A DNA stretch of 58,283 bases from a bacterium. Lineage in GTDB: Bacteria > Desulfobacterota > Binatia > UBA12015. The DNA lies in assembly GCA_030430245.1 (NCBI GenBank), contig JAUIFY010000004.1, positions 1 to 58,283 of the forward strand, written 5' to 3'. Made by a program: the position numbers and the translations under genes. Of this stretch, positions 27,949-34,935 are shown piece by piece. How positions within the stretch are numbered: position 1 is the first letter of the stretch; each line of letters opens with the position of its first letter. The notes beneath the pieces were generated by a model. It had not been told where the DNA came from. It saw only the letters and a program-made list of their open reading frames with translations, and searched no databases.

Positions 27949-28956
27949 CTACGGTTCGCGAAAGACGTCCGGATTGGCGAGGAAGCGGGGGCGCTTCCCT
28001 TCCAGCCACGCCTCGATGCAGTCGCACAGGGTCGCGCTTTGGTGTGTGACCACGTCGAGCGACGCACCACCGATGTGCGGCGTCGCGATGACGTTCGGCA
28101 GCTGGACGAAGCGATCGTCCGGCTGCACCGGCTCCTTCCAGAACACGTCGAAGGCCGCCGCCCGGATCCGACCCGACGCGCACGCCTCGTAGAGAGGATC
28201 CTCTTCGACGCTCGCCGCACGCCCCGTGTTCACGAAGTACACGCCGTCTTTGAAGAGTCCGATCTCGCGCGCTCCGATCATCCCCTTCGTCTCCGGGATG
28301 TCGGGCACGTGGACCGTGAGGAAGTCGGCCTCGGAGAGAACCGTGTCGAGGTCGGCCTTCTCGGCGCCGATCTCGTCATAGACCGCGTCGGGCACCAACG
28401 GATCGTAGGCGAGAATGCGCGACCCGAAGGGGCGGACGCGTTGCGCGACGCGCTGCCCGATCGCACCGAACCCCACGATGCCGACGTTGCGACCGAAGAG
28501 CTCGACCCCGGTCATCGACTCGTACATCTTCAGGTAGTCTCCGGCGTTGTCGAACTGCTCTCGCTTGCCCTTCACGAACGAGATGGCCGGGTAGACGTTG
28601 CGTGCGATCATGATCATGAAGCACAGGGTGAGATCCGCGACGGCCTCGGCATTGCGCCCGGGCGTGTAGAAGACCGGGATCCCGAGCCGGGTCGCGGCCT
28701 CCACGTCGACGTTCACGGGGGCGCCGCGACAGGCTCCGATCATCTTCAGATCGCAGCTCTCGAGAACCTCTTTCTGCACGAAATCGGCTTCGACGATGAG
28801 GACGTCGCAGCCCTCCTCGCGGATGCGCCTCGAGAACGTGTCGGCGTCGAAGAAGATGTTCTTCGTCACCTTCCAGTCCTCGACGTGCACGTCCATGTGA
28901 CGCTTCAGACGAGCGAGGTTCCGTTCGTCGATCGACGCGGTGACGAATGCCTTCAC
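27949..28956 (-). CDS. D-isomer-specific 2-hydroxyacid dehydrogenase (SerA-like)
   Basis: PGRNAEAVAD; GIVGFGAIG; YDP; VNTGRA; FDVFWKEP; TPHIGG. GTGA overlap with TetR. Confidence 0.9.
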   Translation of the reverse strand: MKAFVTASIDERNLARLKRHMDVHVEDWKVTKNIFFDADTFSRRIREEGCDVLIVEADFVQKEVLESCDLKMIGACRGAPVNVDVEAATRLGIPVFYTPGRNAEAVADLTLCFMIMIARNVYPAISFVKGKREQFDNAGDYLKMYESMTGVELFGRNVGIVGFGAIGQRVAQRVRPFGSRILAYDPLVPDAVYDEIGAEKADLDTVLSEADFLTVHVPDIPETKGMIGAREIGLFKDGVYFVNTGRAASVEEDPLYEACASGRIRAAAFDVFWKEPVQPDDRFVQLPNVIATPHIGGASLDVVTHQSATLCDCIEAWLEGKRPRFLANPDVFREP

Positions 28957-29597
28957 GCAACCCCCATGAGCTTCTCGACGAGCGCGATCGTTTGCTTGCG
29001 CAGACGCGCCCGCCGCTTGGGCTCCCGGAGTGGTCCGCCGAGCATCATGGAGACGTGCGGTGTGTCGAGCATCGAGACGAGAAGGGTCGATTGAACCGAG
29101 AGCAACAGGAACGAGATGTCCTGCGCCGAGATCTCGTTCCCGGAGAACTCGCGCGCCCACTCCTGGAACACCTTCCACGAGGGGCCGAGCGCGGACGAGA
29201 CCGCGGCGTCGTCCAGGTCGGGCGCCTCGATCAACCGGCGAAGAAGCAACTTGGGGATCGTCGGGTCGTCCGCGAAGGCGTCGAAGATGACCCCCATCGT
29301 GCGGTCGATCAAAGCGCGGGCCTCCTCGGGGCTCTCGGGCCGCGCGATCTGATCCTGCACGAGTGCGACGAGTTGGTGATGGATGTGCGCGAAGATGCCG
29401 CGGTAGAGCGTCTCCTTCGAATCCCAGTGGTAGTGGAGACTCGAGATGTTCACCTCGGCGCGGGCCGCGATCTCTCGGGTCGACGCGCCATCGAACCCGC
29501 GCTCGGCGAACACGTCCTGCGCCGCCTGAAGGATCCGATCCTTCGTGCTCTGGCGCGGCGCTCCCTCGCTCTCCTCGGTCTGTGGCTTCACGGGCAC
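28953..29597 (-). CDS. TetR/AcrR family transcriptional regulator
   Basis: TKDRILQAAQDVFAERGFDGASTREIAARAEVNISSLHYHWDSKETL; start uncertain (29591 or 29597). Confidence 0.92.
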   Translation of the reverse strand: MPVKPQTEESEGAPRQSTKDRILQAAQDVFAERGFDGASTREIAARAEVNISSLHYHWDSKETLYRGIFAHIHHQLVALVQDQIARPESPEEARALIDRTMGVIFDAFADDPTIPKLLLRRLIEAPDLDDAAVSSALGPSWKVFQEWAREFSGNEISAQDISFLLLSVQSTLLVSMLDTPHVSMMLGGPLREPKRRARLRKQTIALVEKLMGVA

Positions 29598-29600
29598 GGG

Positions 29601-29619
29601 CGATTCAATCAATCGATTG
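29601..29619. promoter_or_regulatory. Candidate TetR operator
   Basis: AT-rich cgattcaatcaatcgattg, containing the perfect palindrome caatcgattg (29610-29619), directly upstream of the TetR start. Confidence 0.35.
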
Positions 29620-29700
29620 CCCACCGTAGGCCATCGGGGACCCGGCGTGCAACAGCGCGACGACACCGGAGCGGCCGCGGGTCGCCCGCCCCGGCGTACG

Positions 29701-30123
29701 TCACCGACCGGTGCCGAAGAGGCGCGCGGCCTGCGAGGCCGCGGCGGCGGCTCGCGCCGTGGGACGACCGCTGTTCAGAGCCTCCCGGAGCCGATCGGTC
29801 TCGGCCTCTGCCTCCGAGATCCGGAGGTCCTTCTCGCGAAGCTCGCGCTCGAGCTGCTGGACGCGATCCACGACGAACCGGAGCTGACCGATCTCCTGTA
29901 CCAGGCGAGTCAGCTGCGCCTCGAGCATCTCGTTCTCCTTGCGAAGCTTCGCCGTGCTGCGCGAGACGGCGCGGGACTTGGTCGCGTCGGCGGCCTCCAG
30001 CTTCTTCCGGACCTCCGCCAGCTCTCGCTGGAGCCCCTCGACGTCGATGCCGGGCGACGTCGGTGTGGCCGCGTTCCTCCTCGCAGCCGTCGCGCGTTTC
30101 CGCTTACGGCGGGCCGAAGCCAT
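29701..30123 (-). CDS. Hypothetical protein with basic N-terminus and long coiled coil
   Basis: MASARRKRKR...LQRELAEVRKKLE...LRKENEMLEAQLTRLVQEI...LERELREKD. Confidence 0.7.
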   Translation of the reverse strand: MASARRKRKRATAARRNAATPTSPGIDVEGLQRELAEVRKKLEAADATKSRAVSRSTAKLRKENEMLEAQLTRLVQEIGQLRFVVDRVQQLERELREKDLRISEAEAETDRLREALNSGRPTARAAAAASQAARLFGTGR

Positions 30124-30173
30124 GGAGACTCTTACCGCCGGCGGCCCGCACGATTCAAGCAGTCCGACCCACT

Positions 30174-31106
30174 TCAATCCTTCGGCACCCGCCACCGGCG
30201 GTGCATCCAGAGCCACTGCTCCGGGTACTCTCGAACGATCGATTCGAACTGCCGGTTCAGCTCCGCGGTCACCTCGAGGAGCGCCGCCGGATCTTTTCCC
30301 CGGGGCGGAGGCGGGATCGGCGGACGCGACACGATGTGGTGCTTCGCCCCGCCACCGACACGCGCGAGCACCGCGATCTGGATCGGCACCTGCGCGATCT
30401 GGGCGAGCCGAGCGGGCCCCGGAGTCGTGTTCGCCGGACGGCCGAAGAAGGGGACCGGGATGCCGGATCCACCCGGCGCGTGCTGATCGATCGGAACCGC
30501 GACGAGCTCTCCCTTGCGAAGCAAGCGAAGAATGTCGCGGGCCGCGGCGTGCTTGTACACGACCTTGGTCCCGGCAAGCCCGCGGACGTCCGTCAGCAGA
30601 TCGTCGACCTTCGGATTCTTGAGCGGCCGATGGACGATGTGGATCGGTGCGCCCATCAGTCCGGATGCCTGGGCGAAGAGCTCCCAGTTCCCGAAGTGCC
30701 CCGTCGCGATGATCGCCTTCCGATCGCGCGCGCGGTCGCGGAACACGGCCTCCGATTCCTCCGAGGCGAATCCGACGATGTCCCGAATGTTGTTCTCGTC
30801 GAGCTGATCGAAGTGCGCGAGTTCGGCCGCCATGTACCCGAGCTGCCGGAAGCACGCGCGGAGCGTCTCCTCGCACCACGCGGGGTCGCGTTCGGGGAAC
30901 GCGTTCTCCAGATTCTCCAGACCCACGCGTCGGAGGCGCGGAATCCGCATCCCGGCCCCGGCGGCCATCGACCCGACGAACCCCCGGGCCCGGTCGAGCG
31001 GCATCGCGCGCAGGAGGGCCAGAACGGCCCGCAGACCGGCGAGCTCGAGATCGACACGAACGCCCGTCGTCGGGGCATGGTGCCGATGCGGCGCGACGTC
31101 GGTCAC
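30174..31106 (-). CDS. Lipid A late acyltransferase (LpxL/HtrB family)
   Basis: ENLENAFPE; GHFGNWE (HX4E); PIDQ; VPFFG; YPEQWLWMHRRW. Confidence 0.92.
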   Translation of the reverse strand: MTDVAPHRHHAPTTGVRVDLELAGLRAVLALLRAMPLDRARGFVGSMAAGAGMRIPRLRRVGLENLENAFPERDPAWCEETLRACFRQLGYMAAELAHFDQLDENNIRDIVGFASEESEAVFRDRARDRKAIIATGHFGNWELFAQASGLMGAPIHIVHRPLKNPKVDDLLTDVRGLAGTKVVYKHAAARDILRLLRKGELVAVPIDQHAPGGSGIPVPFFGRPANTTPGPARLAQIAQVPIQIAVLARVGGGAKHHIVSRPPIPPPPRGKDPAALLEVTAELNRQFESIVREYPEQWLWMHRRWRVPKD

Positions 31107-31175
31107 GGCGCCTCCTTCGCGACGGACTGCGAATCGGTTCGCGCCGAGACGATCCTGGTGTATGAATCTCGGGGC

Positions 31176-31307
31176 ATGCGTCGCCGCCGTACGTCCCTGA
31201 TCCTTCTCGTCACTCTCGCCGTCCTGGGCACCATCACGCTCTCGGGCTGCCCCGCACGGCGAGGCTCGCCGGCCGATCTCGACTCCACCTGGCTCGATCG
31301 CGCATAG
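31176..31307 (+). CDS. Putative 43-aa lipoprotein
   Basis: MRRRRTSLILLVTLAVLGTITLSGC-PARRGSPADLDSTWLDRA: basic n-region, hydrophobic h-region, lipobox LSGC; fills the gap between lpxL and the PHP gene. Confidence 0.55.
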   Translation: MRRRRTSLILLVTLAVLGTITLSGCPARRGSPADLDSTWLDRA

Positions 31308-31313
31308 CGCGCT

Positions 31314-31958
31314 TCAACCGCCCGCCGTCCGGAAATCGACGGCCTCGTAGCGCCCGGACTTGAGCGCGGCGACGAGCGCCTCTTCGTCGGCGATGTCGTC
31401 CTCGAAGTTCGTCGCGCACACGCCGATGAAGCTCACGAGGTGCGAGTCGCTCCCGCCGAACCCGAAGTAGCCGTGCTCGGCCATCAGCCCCTGGACGCGG
31501 TCGTTCTCCGCGCCCTTGCTGCCGCCGTTGAGCGCCTCGACCGCGACCACGCCCTCGAGAGGTGGCTTCGTCTCGTAGTGCGCACAGAGACCGACGTTTG
31601 CGCGCCCGGGATGGCAGGGCGCCGCGATGCCGCCCAGGCGCTGGACCTCGGTGATGACCTCCTGCGCCGGCAATCGGATGTCGGTGAAATCGAACCGCGC
31701 CAGGATGTCCTCGTTCACGCCGTAGACGAGGATGTGGCCGTACTCGCTCTCGACCTCGGCCCCGCGCAGGATGCGAAGCTGGTACTCGTCCTCCAAGGGG
31801 CGATAGTCGACGTCGAGATCGAAACGACGGTGCTCGGTCACGACGATCCCGTCCAGGGGGCGCTCGTCGCGCTTCTTAGTCAGGATCTTGAGATAGGTCT
31901 CGACCTTGGCGCGGCTGTCGTCCGAGAGCTCGGAGTGCAGATGGAGATCGAGGATCAT
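31314..31958 (-). CDS. PHP domain metal-dependent phosphoesterase
   Basis: LDLHLHS; VTEH; GAEV..EYGH; CHP; GGSDSH. Confidence 0.88.
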   Translation of the reverse strand: MILDLHLHSELSDDSRAKVETYLKILTKKRDERPLDGIVVTEHRRFDLDVDYRPLEDEYQLRILRGAEVESEYGHILVYGVNEDILARFDFTDIRLPAQEVITEVQRLGGIAAPCHPGRANVGLCAHYETKPPLEGVVAVEALNGGSKGAENDRVQGLMAEHGYFGFGGSDSHLVSFIGVCATNFEDDIADEEALVAALKSGRYEAVDFRTAGG

Positions 31959-32371
31959 GATGCGGGCCGGAAGCGAGGAATGGCGATCTCGTCGGTGACG
32001 TCCTCGAACGTCACCTCGACCTTCATGCCGATCTTCACGTCGTCCGGCGAGCAGTCGACGATGTTGGTGAGCATCTGCACGCCCTCGTCGAGCTCCACGT
32101 AGGCCAGGACGTACGGCAGCGACTCCCGGAAGCCCGGCGCGTGATTCTGGTGCGTCACCGTGAACGTGTACACCTCACCGCGGCCCGAGCAGAGCACCCA
32201 CTCGACGTCGCTCGACAGGCACGCGGGACACGTCGCTCGTGGATGATGGCGCAAGCGACGACACGAGCGGCACCTCTGCACGCGCAGCTCGTGCCGGCGA
32301 CACGCCTCCCAGTACCCCTTCGACTCCTCGTCGACGCGCGGGATCGGCTTTCCGGACGGACGCTCGGCCAT
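31955..32371 (-). CDS. DUF35 Zn-ribbon/OB-fold protein (ChsH2 C-terminal-like)
   Basis: CRSC...CPAC; SGRGEVYTFTV; PYVLAYVELDEG; IGMKVEVTF. Confidence 0.92.
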   Translation of the reverse strand: MAERPSGKPIPRVDEESKGYWEACRRHELRVQRCRSCRRLRHHPRATCPACLSSDVEWVLCSGRGEVYTFTVTHQNHAPGFRESLPYVLAYVELDEGVQMLTNIVDCSPDDVKIGMKVEVTFEDVTDEIAIPRFRPAS

Positions 32372-32374
32372 CGT

Positions 32375-33523
32375 TCAGGTCCTCCCCAGCAGCAACGTGG
32401 CGCCGCTGTGCCGAATGCCGAGAAAGCCCCCCGTCCCGTGACAGAGCGCGACCCGCGCGTCCGCGACCTGCCGGTCTCCGCACTCCCCCCGGAGCTGCTT
32501 CGTCGCTTCGATCACGAGGAACATGCCCCGCATGCCCGGATGGTTGGACGAAAGACCGCCGCCGTCGAGATTCAAGGGCAGGTCGCCCCCGAGACCGATT
32601 CGTCCGCCCTGCACGAAAGCGCCGCCCTCGCCCGGTGCGCAGAATCCGAGGTTCTCGAGCGTGGAAAGAACCGTGATCGTGAACGAGTCGTAGATCATGC
32701 AGAGATCGACGTCCTCGTGGCGCACTCCGGTACGCTCGAACGCCTTGTGCCCCGACTGACGGGCCGCGATGTCGGTGATGTCGCGCACACCGACACCGGA
32801 GTGCCGGGCCGCGACCCCGCCCCCGAGCACGCGAACCGGGGCGGTCTTCAGGTCCTTCGCCCGCTCCTCGGACGTCACCACCAGCGCTCCGCCGCCGTCG
32901 GAGATGACGCAGCAGTCGAGAAGATGCAGGGGCGAGGAGATGATCCGGGACGCGAGGACGTCGTCGACCGTCATCGGGTCGCGGTACTTGGCGTTCGGGT
33001 TCAGCGCGGCGTGACGCCGCATCGTCACCGCGATCTCGGCGAGCTGCTCGCTCGTCGTGCCGAACTCGTGCATGTGGCGCTGCGCGACCATCGCGTAGGC
33101 GCCGACGATGGTCGGACCGTACACGGCTTCGAAATGATCCGGCGGATCACCGGAGGTGCCGCCGCCCGTTCCGACGGCGAACCGGTCCGACGCCGCGGTG
33201 CTGCCGTAGGTGATCAGCACGGTCGTACAGAGGCCGTCGCGAATCGCCGCGGCCGCGTTCAGCACCTGGGCGACGAACGACGAGCCCCCGATGGCCGTGG
33301 AGTCGAACCAATCCGGCGCGAGGTTCAGATGATGGCACATCGAGAGAATGCCGATCGGGCCGACCCCCGAGCAGGCGTACCCGTCGACGTCGGCGAGCGT
33401 GAGCCCGGCTTCCTCGAGCGCCCCGCGCGCCGACTCCGCGGCGATCTGGTACGCCGTCTTGTCGGGCGCCCAGCGGGTCGGGTGCTCGTACGCTCCGACG
33501 ATCGCGATCCCGGCGCGGCTCAT
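32375..33523 (-). CDS. Thiolase-fold protein, SCP-x/Ltp2-like, lacking the nucleophile Cys
   Basis: IGGSSF at the CASG position; PLHLLDCCVISDGGGA; IYDSFT; NLDGGGLSSNHPG. Confidence 0.88.
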   Translation of the reverse strand: MSRAGIAIVGAYEHPTRWAPDKTAYQIAAESARGALEEAGLTLADVDGYACSGVGPIGILSMCHHLNLAPDWFDSTAIGGSSFVAQVLNAAAAIRDGLCTTVLITYGSTAASDRFAVGTGGGTSGDPPDHFEAVYGPTIVGAYAMVAQRHMHEFGTTSEQLAEIAVTMRRHAALNPNAKYRDPMTVDDVLASRIISSPLHLLDCCVISDGGGALVVTSEERAKDLKTAPVRVLGGGVAARHSGVGVRDITDIAARQSGHKAFERTGVRHEDVDLCMIYDSFTITVLSTLENLGFCAPGEGGAFVQGGRIGLGGDLPLNLDGGGLSSNHPGMRGMFLVIEATKQLRGECGDRQVADARVALCHGTGGFLGIRHSGATLLLGRT

Positions 33524-34317
33524 GCGAGCATCCCCTCGATGAGCGCGTTCACGCGGTCTGCCTGCTCCATCTGCGCCAGGTGACCGGCGCCCGGTACGAG
33601 CTCGAAGCGCGCGCCCGCCACCGCCGCGGCGAGCTCCTCTCCGCACGCGCGGTCGCAGTACGCGTCGTCTTCCCCGTGAAGGACGAGAGTCGGGACGCCG
33701 ATCGACGAGAGCCTGGGGCGCAAGTCGTCTCGTTCATACGCCTCCAGGTCCTGGAGGCGCACGCGGGGATCGGTCTTCACGATCTCTCCCCACGCCTCGC
33801 GGATCACCGCCATGTCGGGCTTCTTCGCGAACAACGGAGCGTCGAAGGCCTGCGGGCGGCGGCCGCGCACGACGTCGCGCAGCACTCCGATCTCGCTCTC
33901 GGCAGCGGCCGGGGCCGACGTCGTTCCGATCGTCACGACGGCCCGGGCCCGCGGCGCGTGATCGAGCGCCAGGGCGAGCGCGACCTTCCCGCCAAGCCCG
34001 TGCCCGACCACGACCGCTGGAGGAGCCTGCAGCTCCTCCAGAACGTGGGAGAGCAGAGCGGCCGCTTCCGCGATCGACGCGGGACCGTCGAGCCCGCCCG
34101 ATCGACCGTGGCCCGGGAGGTCGACCGCGACCGGACTGTGCCTCGCGCCGAAGTGTGCGAGCTGGCGCGACCACAGGCGAACGTTTCCGCCGGTGCCGTG
34201 CACGAAGAGGATCGCCGCACCGCGACCGAGCGGCGGCGGCACGCCCGGAAGCGTCGTCTCGCCCGTGTGCTCGTAGTGGATCGCGAGCTCGTCACGGTAC
34301 AGGTACTTCGTGGGCAC
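33520..34317 (-). CDS. Alpha/beta hydrolase fold protein with Gly at the nucleophile position
   Basis: FVHGTGG; DLPGHGRS; GHGLGG elbow; HGEDD; GAGH. Confidence 0.85.
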   Translation of the reverse strand: MPTKYLYRDELAIHYEHTGETTLPGVPPPLGRGAAILFVHGTGGNVRLWSRQLAHFGARHSPVAVDLPGHGRSGGLDGPASIAEAAALLSHVLEELQAPPAVVVGHGLGGKVALALALDHAPRARAVVTIGTTSAPAAAESEIGVLRDVVRGRRPQAFDAPLFAKKPDMAVIREAWGEIVKTDPRVRLQDLEAYERDDLRPRLSSIGVPTLVLHGEDDAYCDRACGEELAAAVAGARFELVPGAGHLAQMEQADRVNALIEGMLA

Positions 34318-34323
34318 GAACGG

Positions 34324-34932
34324 ATGCTTACGGACCTCCCGGCGTGCAAGTCAAATCTGGAACTCCCGCCCTGGCCCTGCGATGCTCGGTGGATCGAGAC
34401 GATCGAACACTGGTTCCAGCCGTGGCCCCTCGGCGAGCTCTGCATTGCCACCAGCCCGCTCGGCGTGCGTCGCATCTCGTGGTCCGAGAACGGCGACCGC
34501 GACGAGGTGCGGGAACGACTCGCCGCCGAGCTCACGAACGCGCGGCTCGTCGACCGCGCGCCGGACACGGACGTGCGTCGCGAGCTGGACCAGTTCTTCG
34601 AAGGCGAGCGACGCCGCTTCGACCTGCCCGTCGATCCGCGCCCGACGAGTTCGTTCCAGGAGCGCGTCCTCCGCCGCCTCATGCACACTCGCTTCGGAGA
34701 GACGGTCACGTACGGCGACCTCGCCGCTGCGGTCGGCAAGCCCGGCGCGTCCCGAGCGGTCGGACGCGTCATGGCGACGAACCCGCTACCGATCGTCGTC
34801 CCCTGCCACCGGGTCCTCCCCGCGGACCGCTCGCTGGGAAGCTACACGGGCGGCGCGAAGGTGAAGGAGTTCCTGCTCGCACTCGAAGGCGTTCACCCCG
34901 CCGAGCCCCTGCTGCACCCGGATTGGGGCTGA
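34324..34932 (+). CDS. ogt: Methylated-DNA-protein-cysteine methyltransferase
   Basis: FQERV...GETVTYGDLA...ASRAVG...NPLPIVVPCHRV; start uncertain. Confidence 0.9.
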   Translation: MLTDLPACKSNLELPPWPCDARWIETIEHWFQPWPLGELCIATSPLGVRRISWSENGDRDEVRERLAAELTNARLVDRAPDTDVRRELDQFFEGERRRFDLPVDPRPTSSFQERVLRRLMHTRFGETVTYGDLAAAVGKPGASRAVGRVMATNPLPIVVPCHRVLPADRSLGSYTGGAKVKEFLLALEGVHPAEPLLHPDWG

Positions 34933-34935
34933 GCC

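Noticed and set aside
25132-29094. 1320-aa plus-strand ORF, and similar giants such as 2173-4905, 43854-47423 and 51815-53965
   Set aside because: Antisense shadows of well-supported genes; Arg/Pro-rich with no motifs, as expected in high-GC DNA.
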